A DNA stretch of 63,388 nt, the filler included, from Stramenopiles sp. TOSAG23-6 (taxonomy: Eukaryota), in NCBI GenBank assembly GCA_900128565.1. It is 51 parts of 51 records of this genome, joined end to end, with 100 filler letters (N's around TTAATTAATTAA, not from the genome) between each part and the next. Parts side by side here need not be neighbours in the genome. Positions count along the whole stretch, not along the records: positions 1 to 1,152 come from LT639590.1; positions 1,253 to 2,404 come from LT639591.1; positions 2,505 to 3,656 come from LT639592.1; positions 3,757 to 4,908 come from LT639593.1; positions 5,009 to 6,159 come from LT639594.1; positions 6,260 to 7,410 come from LT639595.1; positions 7,511 to 8,661 come from LT639596.1; positions 8,762 to 9,912 come from LT639597.1; 43 more parts are not named here. The stretch is one strand, 5' to 3'. Of this stretch, positions 1 to 11,262 are shown piece after piece. The notes beneath the pieces are model-generated. The model searched no databases, was not told the origin of the DNA, and saw only the letters and a program-made list of their open reading frames with translations. The first letter of the stretch is position 1; each line of letters starts with the position of its first letter. The translations under genes were made by a program, and so were the position numbers.

Positions 1-181
1 TTTTTTTTTTTTTTTTTTTTTTTTAATTTTTTTTTTTTTTTTTTTTTTGAATATTTCATAACAAAACTTCGTTTTAATTTATACAAATCAAAATATTAGT
101 CTATTCATTTATTATACATATCTAAGAAGTATTACAATAAGCAGCACTGGAGGAAAGAGATCTACAACACTATCAATAAAT

Positions 182-1093
182 TTAAAATTGTTGTTCTGGA
201 AGACCACTGTGAAAATTAAACATAATTACTTTCCCATTATCAACAACTGCCCAAAGCAAAGAAACAGAATCAACAGTTTCTGATGCTGCTAGTGCTGCAT
301 TTATACAATCAGGTGTTGGTGGTGAGGAGGTAAAATCACAGATAAATACACGAAAATTCGGAGGGTAATTCTTATCAATAATGACAGACTCATTAGCATT
401 AGAGTTAGGAACAGACTCATGGCTTACACTTTCTTTTACTTTTGTTTCCATGACGTCATTGTTTATTAAATTTTGAGTTTCTCCAGCCATAGGTTTTGAC
501 ACAATATTTTTCTTCGTACACAAATATTCAGAATTACCATCAACTTCAGTTTGTGAATTCGTACAATGTTGTTGTCTTACTTCGAGACCATACCGTTTAT
601 TAAATCTAGTATTAGGCATCCACACATCAAATGCACACCACTTTTCTAACCATGAAACCGGTGAATTAGCCTTGATAGATACAATTCTAGGCGAAGTTGA
701 GGTTAACTCAAATGCTTTCTTACACTGTAACACAACGGGAGGACTATTTCGATACCGCCTAACCGTGTATCCAGCATTACGTAGATGAGAGTAGACTAAT
801 TGACACTGCATAGACACTGCATATGGAGTCAAAAGGGGACCATATATAAAATGTTCGTATCCCCAACGAACGTCTAACTCTTCTCTTTCTTCATCCATGT
901 TTCCTTCCGCTATGTTAGGTTTAATATATAGTCGGAGTTTTCCAAGATTCATCAGAAAAAGGGCTTCCTCTGGGTATAGGAAATGCAAAGCACTATGATG
1001 GAATCCAAGAGACCGAAGATATCGACCGCGTTGAGTCGTGACCTGTATGGTGTTATTGATTGTATCCCAAGAAGCTTCACATACTTTTACCAT
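182..1093 (-). CDS. tRNA-splicing endonuclease subunit Sen54-like protein (copy 1)
   Basis: 303-aa intronless ORF with G..L.PEEALFL..G.L and VYSHLRNAGYTVRR motifs typical of the Sen54 N-terminal region. Confidence 0.7.
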   Translation of the reverse strand: MVKVCEASWDTINNTIQVTTQRGRYLRSLGFHHSALHFLYPEEALFLMNLGKLRLYIKPNIAEGNMDEEREELDVRWGYEHFIYGPLLTPYAVSMQCQLVYSHLRNAGYTVRRYRNSPPVVLQCKKAFELTSTSPRIVSIKANSPVSWLEKWCAFDVWMPNTRFNKRYGLEVRQQHCTNSQTEVDGNSEYLCTKKNIVSKPMAGETQNLINNDVMETKVKESVSHESVPNSNANESVIIDKNYPPNFRVFICDFTSSPPTPDCINAALAASETVDSVSLLWAVVDNGKVIMFNFHSGLPEQQF

Positions 1094-1152
1094 ATTGATA
1101 TAAAGCAGTGAAACTAAAACTATATAAAGCAGTGAAACTAAAACTATATAAA

Positions 1153-1252
1153 NNNNNNNNNNNNNNNNNNNNNNNNNNNNNNNNNNNNNNNNNNNNTTAA
1201 TTAATTAANNNNNNNNNNNNNNNNNNNNNNNNNNNNNNNNNNNNNNNNNNNN
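1153..1252. other. Artificial contig spacer N44-TTAATTAATTAA-N44 (first of ~50, recurring every ~1.24-1.25 kb)
   Basis: Identical linker with stops in all six frames, flanked by N runs. Contig length shrinks steadily from 1152 to ~1136 nt along the window. Confidence 0.98.
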
Positions 1253-1433
1253 TTTTTTTTTTTTTTTTTTTTTTTTAATTTTTTTTTTTTTTTTTTTTTT
1301 GAATATTTCATAACAAAACTTCGTTTTAATTTATACAAATCAAAATATTAGTCTATTCATTTATTATACATATCTAAGAAGTATTACAATAAGCAGCACT
1401 GGAGGAAAGAGATCTACAACACTATCAATAAAT

Positions 1434-2345
1434 TTAAAATTGTTGTTCTGGAAGACCACTGTGAAAATTAAACATAATTACTTTCCCATTATCAACAACT
1501 GCCCAAAGCAAAGAAACAGAATCAACAGTTTCTGATGCTGCTAGTGCTGCATTTATACAATCAGGTGTTGGTGGTGAGGAGGTAAAATCACAGATAAATA
1601 CACGAAAATTCGGAGGGTAATTCTTATCAATAATGACAGACTCATTAGCATTAGAGTTAGGAACAGACTCATGGCTTACACTTTCTTTTACTTTTGTTTC
1701 CATGACGTCATTGTTTATTAAATTTTGAGTTTCTCCAGCCATAGGTTTTGACACAATATTTTTCTTCGTACACAAATATTCAGAATTACCATCAACTTCA
1801 GTTTGTGAATTCGTACAATGTTGTTGTCTTACTTCGAGACCATACCGTTTATTAAATCTAGTATTAGGCATCCACACATCAAATGCACACCACTTTTCTA
1901 ACCATGAAACCGGTGAATTAGCCTTGATAGATACAATTCTAGGCGAAGTTGAGGTTAACTCAAATGCTTTCTTACACTGTAACACAACGGGAGGACTATT
2001 TCGATACCGCCTAACCGTGTATCCAGCATTACGTAGATGAGAGTAGACTAATTGACACTGCATAGACACTGCATATGGAGTCAAAAGGGGACCATATATA
2101 AAATGTTCGTATCCCCAACGAACGTCTAACTCTTCTCTTTCTTCATCCATGTTTCCTTCCGCTATGTTAGGTTTAATATATAGTCGGAGTTTTCCAAGAT
2201 TCATCAGAAAAAGGGCTTCCTCTGGGTATAGGAAATGCAAAGCACTATGATGGAATCCAAGAGACCGAAGATATCGACCGCGTTGAGTCGTGACCTGTAT
2301 GGTGTTATTGATTGTATCCCAAGAAGCTTCACATACTTTTACCAT
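1434..2345 (-). CDS. Sen54-like protein (identical contig copy 2)
   Basis: Contig 1253-2404 is identical to 1-1152. Confidence 0.7.
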   Translation of the reverse strand: MVKVCEASWDTINNTIQVTTQRGRYLRSLGFHHSALHFLYPEEALFLMNLGKLRLYIKPNIAEGNMDEEREELDVRWGYEHFIYGPLLTPYAVSMQCQLVYSHLRNAGYTVRRYRNSPPVVLQCKKAFELTSTSPRIVSIKANSPVSWLEKWCAFDVWMPNTRFNKRYGLEVRQQHCTNSQTEVDGNSEYLCTKKNIVSKPMAGETQNLINNDVMETKVKESVSHESVPNSNANESVIIDKNYPPNFRVFICDFTSSPPTPDCINAALAASETVDSVSLLWAVVDNGKVIMFNFHSGLPEQQF

Positions 2346-2685
2346 ATTGATATAAAGCAGTGAAACTAAAACTATATAAAGCAGTGAAACTAAAACTATA
2401 TAAANNNNNNNNNNNNNNNNNNNNNNNNNNNNNNNNNNNNNNNNNNNNTTAATTAATTAANNNNNNNNNNNNNNNNNNNNNNNNNNNNNNNNNNNNNNNN
2501 NNNNTTTTTTTTTTTTTTTTTTTTTTTTAATTTTTTTTTTTTTTTTTTTTTTGAATATTTCATAACAAAACTTCGTTTTAATTTATACAAATCAAAATAT
2601 TAGTCTATTCATTTATTATACATATCTAAGAAGTATTACAATAAGCAGCACTGGAGGAAAGAGATCTACAACACTATCAATAAAT

Positions 2686-3597
2686 TTAAAATTGTTGTTC
2701 TGGAAGACCACTGTGAAAATTAAACATAATTACTTTCCCATTATCAACAACTGCCCAAAGCAAAGAAACAGAATCAACAGTTTCTGATGCTGCTAGTGCT
2801 GCATTTATACAATCAGGTGTTGGTGGTGAGGAGGTAAAATCACAGATAAATACACGAAAATTCGGAGGGTAATTCTTATCAATAATGACAGACTCATTAG
2901 CATTAGAGTTAGGAACAGACTCATGGCTTACACTTTCTTTTACTTTTGTTTCCATGACGTCATTGTTTATTAAATTTTGAGTTTCTCCAGCCATAGGTTT
3001 TGACACAATATTTTTCTTCGTACACAAATATTCAGAATTACCATCAACTTCAGTTTGTGAATTCGTACAATGTTGTTGTCTTACTTCGAGACCATACCGT
3101 TTATTAAATCTAGTATTAGGCATCCACACATCAAATGCACACCACTTTTCTAACCATGAAACCGGTGAATTAGCCTTGATAGATACAATTCTAGGCGAAG
3201 TTGAGGTTAACTCAAATGCTTTCTTACACTGTAACACAACGGGAGGACTATTTCGATACCGCCTAACCGTGTATCCAGCATTACGTAGATGAGAGTAGAC
3301 TAATTGACACTGCATAGACACTGCATATGGAGTCAAAAGGGGACCATATATAAAATGTTCGTATCCCCAACGAACGTCTAACTCTTCTCTTTCTTCATCC
3401 ATGTTTCCTTCCGCTATGTTAGGTTTAATATATAGTCGGAGTTTTCCAAGATTCATCAGAAAAAGGGCTTCCTCTGGGTATAGGAAATGCAAAGCACTAT
3501 GATGGAATCCAAGAGACCGAAGATATCGACCGCGTTGAGTCGTGACCTGTATGGTGTTATTGATTGTATCCCAAGAAGCTTCACATACTTTTACCAT
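2686..3597 (-). CDS. Sen54-like protein (identical contig copy 3)
   Basis: Contig 2505-3656 is identical to 1-1152. Confidence 0.7.
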   Translation of the reverse strand: MVKVCEASWDTINNTIQVTTQRGRYLRSLGFHHSALHFLYPEEALFLMNLGKLRLYIKPNIAEGNMDEEREELDVRWGYEHFIYGPLLTPYAVSMQCQLVYSHLRNAGYTVRRYRNSPPVVLQCKKAFELTSTSPRIVSIKANSPVSWLEKWCAFDVWMPNTRFNKRYGLEVRQQHCTNSQTEVDGNSEYLCTKKNIVSKPMAGETQNLINNDVMETKVKESVSHESVPNSNANESVIIDKNYPPNFRVFICDFTSSPPTPDCINAALAASETVDSVSLLWAVVDNGKVIMFNFHSGLPEQQF

Positions 3598-3756
3598 ATT
3601 GATATAAAGCAGTGAAACTAAAACTATATAAAGCAGTGAAACTAAAACTATATAAANNNNNNNNNNNNNNNNNNNNNNNNNNNNNNNNNNNNNNNNNNNN
3701 TTAATTAATTAANNNNNNNNNNNNNNNNNNNNNNNNNNNNNNNNNNNNNNNNNNNN

Positions 3757-4339
3757 AAAGATAGAAAATAAAGGTGCACAGAATTTATTTGAACTTGGTT
3801 ATGCAAAATACAAAGGTAATGACTTTCAGACTATGGATACAGAAAATGGAAAACTAATGATTGGATCTGCAGCTATTGCTGGTTTTCCAATGGCTATTGC
3901 ATTATGTACATATTATGGTTTGAATGGTTATAAAAGGGATGAAGAAAAAGCATTTAAAATGTGTATGGATAATAGTGATGATAGTTATGCTCAATGTCGT
4001 ATTGGTGGTTGTTATTTTCATGGTTATGGTGTTGATAAAGACGAAAAAGAAGCTTTCAAGTGGTATACTAAATCAGCTGATGCAGGAAATAGTCGAGGAC
4101 AATATGAAGTTGGTTGTTGTTATTCTGGTGGTGTTGCTGAAGACAAAAAAGAAGCTATTAAGTGGTATACTAAATCAGCTAATGCAGGTTATAGTAAGGC
4201 ACAATGTGAACTTGGTCAATGTTATTTTTATGGTTTTAGTGTTGATAAAGACAAAAAAGAAGCTAAAAAGTGGTTGACTAAAGCTGCTAATGCTGGTTAT
4301 TCTCAAGCACGAAATATGCTTAATAATTATGACTTTTAA
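3757..4339 (+). CDS. SEL1-like repeat protein, 5' partial
   Basis: Repeated AQ..LG.CY..G.GV.KD..EA.KWY.K.A..G units. Confidence 0.9.
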
Positions 4340-4714
4340 ATGTATTTGTTGTATCTATTTTTTGGTTAAAATATTTTCTGAAAAAACAAAAAAACAAAAA
4401 AAAANGTAAANGAAANTTTTNAANTTTTCAGTGAATGAAAATTTTCCAACACAAAAAAATAGAAATAATATTAATGAAATTGATATAAAACGTAAACAAA
4501 AAAGTAAAAGTCAGCAAAATTTGTTTTGCACAAAAAGATTAAAATTGTAAAAAAAAAAAAATTCTGATTTTTTTCATTTCAATACTCTCAAATTAAAATG
4601 TTTCGTTACCAGGTACCCTTTTTTTTCAAATTTTTCAATTTAATTTTTCGACGAATAAAATAAAATATTCAATATTGTTGTTTCTCTTGCTTATAAAAAA
4701 ATAATCTAGACATA

Positions 4715-4908
4715 ATGCAACAAGAAATACCCGACGATTTACTATGCCCTATTACACGAGAGTTATTCAAAGATCCTGTGTTTGTTGCGGATGGTCACAC
4801 GTATGAACGAACTGCAATTTTGCGCCACTTTCAAACAAAAAGTACGTCGCCTTATACAAATGAAGTGTTGCCGCATTTAAATCTTGTGCCAAACTGTCTT
4901 TGTAAATC
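4715..4908 (+). CDS. U-box domain protein, 3' partial
   Basis: PDDLLCPITRELFKDPV..ADGHTYER.AI...TSP.T...L..LVPN matches the U-box consensus. Confidence 0.92.
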
Positions 4909-5008
4909 NNNNNNNNNNNNNNNNNNNNNNNNNNNNNNNNNNNNNNNNNNNNTTAATTAATTAANNNNNNNNNNNNNNNNNNNNNNNNNNNNNNNNNNNN
5001 NNNNNNNN

Positions 5009-6159
5009 AAATCGTGATCATATTCTCCCTTTTTACAAGTAATCATTTCAGCTGATAAACCTGAACAGTACGTACCTTCTGAACATTGTACACAAGCGGT
5101 AATGCTACTTTTATCATGGTCATATTCTCCAATTTTACAATCAACTTTTACTGCATTATAACCAGCGCAAAATGAACCAACGGGACAAGCAACACAAGGG
5201 GTGTGTGAACTATTATCTGCATCATGGAAACCAGCTTTGCATATCTCTTTGGGTGAATCTGCTCCTTTGCAATAAGTTCCTGCTTCACACACTTTACATT
5301 CACTACTCGGGTCATTGTCATCATCGACATAGCCAACACCGCATTGAATCATTTTATGATGTTTTCCTTGGCAATAATATCCTTTTTGACATGGCTTACA
5401 TGGAGAACCTGGATCAGCTTCTTCATCAAAATACGTACCTGCTGCGCACGCAACACGGTCACTCTTTGTAGATCCAGTTGGGCAGCTATAACCAATGCCA
5501 CAATCGATACATTCAGTGACAGCAGAGTTGTCATCATCATACTGTCCAGCAATACATTTAACTTCTGTTCCAAGTTCATCGGTTACAATATTTGTAGGAC
5601 TACAGTATCCTCCGGCTAAACAATTGACACAAGGAGTTTTTGAAGTTTTGTCATCATCTTTTGTTCCAGCACCACATGCAAGTTTTGGCTTGTCTCCTCC
5701 AGCACAAAAATATCCTGGCGGGCAACTTTGACATGGAGTCTTGGACGATGAGTCATGGTCATATGATCCAGGAGGACAAACAATAAGTTCAGCATCCCCT
5801 CCTTTACAGTACGTTCCCTTTTCACAACTTGAACAGGGTGTTGCCGATGAGTTGTCTTTGTCCCATGTAGCAGGTTCACAAAGCGTTTTTGGAGTAGACC
5901 CACCAGGGCAATAAACGCCCCTCTCTGTACATACAATACAGTCTGTGGATGCAGATAAATCATGGTCCCATGAACCCGGTGGACACTCTTTTGGTAATTT
6001 GTTAGACCCTAAACAGAACGTTCCAAACGCACAGTCATTACATTCAGTGCTGGCACTCATATCATGATCATATGTTCCAATTTTGCATGGTATTCGCTCA
6101 CTACTATTACCAGCGCAGTAGCCACCAGCACTGCACACTTCACATGATGTAGCCGAATT
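5009..6159 (-). CDS. Cys-rich repeat surface protein (ephrin-receptor-like/GCC2-GCC3 repeats), partial
   Basis: Open frame across the contig with repeats C..C..G.YC.G......C..G..D.D. Confidence 0.85.
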
Positions 6160-6312
6160 NNNNNNNNNNNNNNNNNNNNNNNNNNNNNNNNNNNNNNNNN
6201 NNNTTAATTAATTAANNNNNNNNNNNNNNNNNNNNNNNNNNNNNNNNNNNNNNNNNNNNCGTNTTAACCATTTTCTTTTTTTTTTTACCTTTACGTTACT
6301 AAGATACAATAT

Positions 6313-6969
6313 TTATACTACTTCAGTATTTTGACAAGTGAAATCATCGACGACGGTAATCGAAGTATGATTTTTATTCGATTGTACATTATCTTTGATG
6401 ATGGTATTTCTACACACTATATCAAACCCTACAGTCATATTGTTCAACTCAAGACTCGTTTGTTTTTCAAGATTTATTCTTTTAACTCGTCTTCTTTCAT
6501 CTTGAATTTCTTTTTGGGTAGTATTTCTATATGTTGGATTGTTTGATTTTAGTAGAATCGTGTTATTAGGACTATTTTTTCTATTTTCAAAGTTAACTTT
6601 AACTTTCTCTTTTACATTTTCAACGCTTTCAAAATGGCTCAAATTGTAAGAAAATACACGAAATAACCAAAATGAACAAATGGAATCCCACCAAGCATCC
6701 TCTTCCGCAATGGATTTTAAAATAGATGATATATGGAGTTTTGCTATTTTGTGGTCCACTGGTTTTTCACTGCCGTGGACTCTCGACCATATTGTAGGTG
6801 ATTGAGTAGCAAGTGACTGTTTCAATTGTACACTTTTCATTAAGTTTTCTTTGGCAAAAACTTTTGCCTGCCTCGTATTTTCTCCAAGGGCTTTACTTGC
6901 CTTTTTATGTGCCTTTCGACGACGTCGATTTGTATATTTCTGACGTCTTACGGGAAACAACGGCTTCAT
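6313..6969 (-). CDS. Hypothetical Lys-rich protein (probably extends further upstream)
   Basis: 218-aa ORF with no recognised motif. Confidence 0.45.
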   Translation of the reverse strand: MKPLFPVRRQKYTNRRRRKAHKKASKALGENTRQAKVFAKENLMKSVQLKQSLATQSPTIWSRVHGSEKPVDHKIAKLHISSILKSIAEEDAWWDSICSFWLFRVFSYNLSHFESVENVKEKVKVNFENRKNSPNNTILLKSNNPTYRNTTQKEIQDERRRVKRINLEKQTSLELNNMTVGFDIVCRNTIIKDNVQSNKNHTSITVVDDFTCQNTEVV

Positions 6970-7510
6970 TGATGAGTTTGGAACTTTCTGGTGGTTTATT
7001 CTTCTTGTGTCAAAAAATATTTGCTAGTCAAAAAACCTGTAACTGTTTCGGTTTCAGCGATTTCAGCTTGTTACCGGGTAATATCGAAAAAATCTCAAAT
7101 GATTTCAATGATTTCAAAATGAATTTTGAGAGCAGACACAAATAAATATATAAATATAAATGCAACCAGAAGCAGAGAAGCAGAATTGGATACGAAACAA
7201 TTTTTTATTTTTATTTTTATTCTTCAAAGAAAAAGATTTTTTATTCTTCAAACGAGAGCATTTCTTACGCAAAATGTTCTTTCTCCAAATGATCTGTTTT
7301 TTCTGTTTTTTCTGTTTTTTCTGTTTTTTCTGAATCGACAACACGTTTCCCAGCAATGACGACAGCAGGAATTGTAGTCACCCCTGCGCCTGCAACAGCC
7401 AAGGCCATGCNNNNNNNNNNNNNNNNNNNNNNNNNNNNNNNNNNNNNNNNNNNNTTAATTAATTAANNNNNNNNNNNNNNNNNNNNNNNNNNNNNNNNNN
7501 NNNNNNNNNN

Positions 7511-8332
7511 ATCCTGGACAAGATTGGGCACCATTACTTAGTTTAGCTATCCGGAAAGGAATGGCGGGTCACTCTGTCCCAATTGTCAAGCAAGTTCTTA
7601 AGTATATACCATGTTTTGGCTGGGCAATGTATTTCGCCGATGCATTATTTTTTAAGTAGGAAATGGAAGGATGATCAAATTTATATAAAGAAGAAAAGTG
7701 AACAATTTAAAAAAGATGGAATCCCCCTATATGTTTGGCTATTTCCTGAGGGAACAAGATTTACAGAAAAAAAACGTCTCGAGGGAGAGGTTTTTTCTAG
7801 AGCTAGGAAACTTAATTTACCCCCCTTAAAACATTTACTTGTCCCTAGGACAAAGGGATTTATTGCTATTAAAAATGGTATGAGTAAATGTGTTGATTAT
7901 GTGTACTGTATAACAATCGCATATAAAGGATTTGCTTTCAAAAAACACCCATCACCAACTTTTTCGGAGTTAATGTTTTTCCCAGAAAATCNNNNNNNNN
8001 NNNNNNTAGGAAAACAAAAAAGAGGTGTTTATTTACATATTCGTCGTTTTGCTATGAAAGATATTCCCAGCAATGATGACAAAAAACTAGGACAGTGGCT
8101 TTTCGATGTCTTTGCCGAAAAAGATAAAATGTTAAAAAGATTTCATTCCACTGGATCGTTTACGGAAGAATCCTGTCGAGTTTTAACACGAGTTAAATCA
8201 ACCGAAGTGCTTGGATCTGTAGCCATATGGATAGGTCTTGCATGTATATGGCAGGTAGTGCTTTCACAAGTTTTTTCTTTGATTAGTTTGTACCAAATTC
8301 CGTACTTGATGAATTTCGAATTTAAGATCTAG
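7511..8332 (+). CDS. Lysophospholipid acyltransferase (LPAAT/LCLAT-like), partial, with apparent indels
   Basis: FPEGTR and HLLVPRTKGF motifs. Upstream KQVLKYIPCFGWAMYF lies in another frame and is joined by removing one T from the T-run near 7650. Confidence 0.85.
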
Positions 8333-8761
8333 AAGTTTTTTTGTTCTTTATAAAAAGTGTTATAAGTATTTTGTATATATATTTATACGTGTATGGTTNN
8401 NNNNNNNNNNNNNNNNNNNNNNNNNNNNNNNNNNNNNNNNNNNNNNNNNNATAAAATGCATCCCCAGTGGACGCCCAAAGTGTTAAACACAGTCGATAGA
8501 GATGTATCGTGAAAAATATATTTTTTTGGGTAAAAAAATTGGTACAAAATTTTCATACAAAAAAAAAAATTCGAAATTCAACTTTGGAAACGAACACACG
8601 CATAAATGACTACATGCGACACCAATATAGAGACTACTTCTTTTCGTTGTCCAACCAATAANNNNNNNNNNNNNNNNNNNNNNNNNNNNNNNNNNNNNNN
8701 NNNNNTTAATTAATTAANNNNNNNNNNNNNNNNNNNNNNNNNNNNNNNNNNNNNNNNNNNN

Positions 8762-9912
8762 CAAGACTACGTCAAATCATTGTGATGGAAAGGCAACATT
8801 TGAAACGTGTAGTCTTTCCTGTAATAATGGATATAGTGGTGGTGAAATTGCATGTGCAACATCAGGAGTTTTCGTCAAGATATTTTCACTTGGGATAACG
8901 AACACACTAAAAGCTTTTCAAATTGGTGATTTAGTTACTGGCGGTACTAGTGGCGCTACAGGTTATGTGATGTCTATGCCTGATGCTAATACTTTGAATC
9001 TTTGGTATCAAAGTGGTGTATTTCAGACTGGCGAGGCAATCACCGGAAATCCTAGTAATGGTGATGCTAAAGCTAGTTCTAGTATTAGTAACATTAAGTA
9101 TAAGGAATGTTCTGGTGTTGCAGGTTACTGTGATGTAGCTGATGAATCACTTTTAGCTGACAATGCATCTGCTGTAACATCTGATAGTTGTGATGGTACC
9201 GTAACTGATGAAATTTGTGATTTAAGTAGTAAATGTGATGCTGGATATTCAGGACTTCAATTAAAGTGCATCGATGGAGGAATATCTTCGGGTATTTGGA
9301 ACCGAACGGCAAAATGTGAAGCCAGTACTACTACATGTAATGAGTCCGAGCCTGTCGGATTGGCTGCAAAGCACATGGCAACGAAAGTTGCAGATGCTTG
9401 TGATAATACTGCTACTGATGCGAAGTGTGCACATTCTTGTAACGAAGGCTACACTGGTGGAAGCATAACTTGCAAAGGAACAGGTTCATTTGTTGTTGAA
9501 GCATGCACGCCAATTATTGGCCATTGTGATGCTGCAGATGAAAATGCTNNNNNNNNNNNNNNNNNNNNNNNNNNNNNNNNNNNNNNNNNNNNNNNNNNNN
9601 NNNNNNNNNNNNNNNNNNNNNNNNNNNNNNNNNNNNNNNNNNNNNNNNNNNNNNNNNNNNNNNNNNNNNNNNNNNNNNNCATGTACGCCCATTGAAGAAA
9701 ACTGCAAATCTAGAAATTTAGAAAGTACTATTAAAACATCGTCATATCGCTATTCAAGTGTTGATGGTGTGGCTGCTGCGTCTGCTTCCTCGACCACCTG
9801 TGACAATACAGCTGCATTTGGAAAGTGTCCCGTCGTTTGTTTGGCTGGTTATTCGGGTGGTATTATTACTTGTGGTGCTGATGGGAAATTTACCAGATCT
9901 AAGTGTGGCACC
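8762..9912 (+). CDS. Cys-rich repeat extracellular protein, partial, with an inserted Gly/Thr-rich beta module
   Basis: Repeats C..T.....C...C..GYSGG.I.C...G.F....C. The first repeat is interrupted by FQIGDLVTGGTSGATGYV...FQTGEAITG. Confidence 0.75.
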
Positions 9913-10101
9913 NNNNNNNNNNNNNNNNNNNNNNNNNNNNNNNNNNNNNNNNNNNNTTAATTAATTAANNNNNNNNNNNNNNNNNNNNNNNNNNNNNNNN
10001 NNNNNNNNNNNNTTCAAAAAAAAAACTTAAATTCGTTAGGTACAAAATTTCGTATGAAAAATAAATTCGATTTTTTTGTGAAAAAAAATAATAAAACATA
10101 C

Positions 10102-10900
10102 ATGATCTTGGATTATCTCGATGTTTTAATTTCCCAAGTCCTAAAGAAGGCAATGAACTCTGGAATAAACACAATTTACCACATGTATTGTAGAATATAT
10201 ATATATATAAATGATTGTTGTATTGTGTTATTATTGTATTATGTTTGTGTGTGTGTACAGTAAGTACGTCTACATATATTTTTTTTTTTGATTTTTTTAA
10301 TTTTTTAGAAAACAAAAAAAAAACGAAAAAAATGAAAAAAAAATATTTCGTGTAAAAAAAAAAAAAAAAGATATAGACAAGATACCTATATGATGCATTA
10401 CTTGGAATGCGCTCTGAAGTGCAGTTCCCATTACTGTTTCAACCTCACGGCTACCTTCAAACATTGAAGGCAACTGCTGCAATAAAAGATCAATTTGCTT
10501 TCTGGAATCTTTTAAGTTCACTAAGAGATCATCTGGTGCAGGTAAAAAAACATCCGATATCTCAGATACAACCAACATTTGAGGTTGATTTAATTGAGGT
10601 TTTAAATTGTAAAAATGAATGGATGAATCGAAAGTTATAAAACCAACTTGAGTCCTTGGTGAACCTGGTAACTTATCAAGTGATTCTGTTATAGCTTGCA
10701 AAGCGCAACGGAGCATACCAGACACTTGAGCGTTGTACGAAACATCCAAAACATACAAAATTAAAAATATGACAAATCAAGATTTTCTTTTGTAAGTCTT
10801 TAGTTCTTTTGTTTGTATAACAAAAATTAGATACTATATATTTTTTTTTTCTGTGTAAAAAAAAAATCTTTAAAAAAACAAAATCTATGAAAAATCTCTG

Positions 10901-10935
<35 letters not shown>

Positions 10936-11105
10936 TGAAACGTTCATAATAAACATTTTACATACAAACATATACGCAGGAGCTTGAGGAGGGCGGACCA
11001 TATACTCTGCAGGTGCAACAATTTCAACCTGACCACGACGTAATTCAGGCCTTTCTTGTAAATCTGTACGACGTCCTTCTTTTCCAATATGGCAGAAATA
11101 AGCGG
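10102..11105 (-). CDS. SEC24: COPII coat protein Sec24, three internal exons (11105-10966, 10752-10386, 10182-10102)
   Basis: Spliced product reads YFCHIG..GRRTD..ERPEL..G.VE..AP.EYMVRPP.AP.YMF|VLDVS...RTQVGFITFDSSIHFYNL...HHIG|GKLCLFQSSLPSLGLGKL. Confidence 0.93.
10183..10385 (-). other. GT-AT intron (Sec24)
   Basis: AG|GTATCTT...TTCTACAATACAT|GTGGTAAA gives HHIGGKLCLFQ. Confidence 0.8.
10753..10965 (-). other. GT-AT intron (Sec24)
   Basis: TTT|GTATGT...TTTTGTAT|GTTTTGGAT gives YMFVLDVS. Confidence 0.8.
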
Positions 11106-11262
11106 ATGTATTGTGAAAAAATATTTCAAAAAAAAAAAAAAATTGTTAGGTACAAAATTTCGNNNNNNNNNNNNNNNNNNNNNNNNNNNNNNNNNNNNNN
11201 NNNNNNTTAATTAATTAANNNNNNNNNNNNNNNNNNNNNNNNNNNNNNNNNNNNNNNNNNNN

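Noticed and set aside
1-50. Poly-T start read as an mRNA poly(A) tail (transcriptome data)
   Set aside because: The run is interrupted, and other contigs contain unspliced introns and intergenic DNA with similar homopolymers, so the data are genomic.
1-3656. Tandem triplication of the Sen54-like gene (also the duplicates at 24998/26245, 29984/31229/32474 and 38689/39931)
   Set aside because: The contigs are identical including their ends and N positions, which indicates dataset redundancy rather than gene amplification.
10183-10271. Canonical AG acceptor (TATGTAG) for the Sec24 intron
   Set aside because: It is in frame but would insert ~29 low-complexity residues (from CA/TA microsatellite) into the conserved GGK motif. 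It is disfavoured, though only RNA can exclude it.
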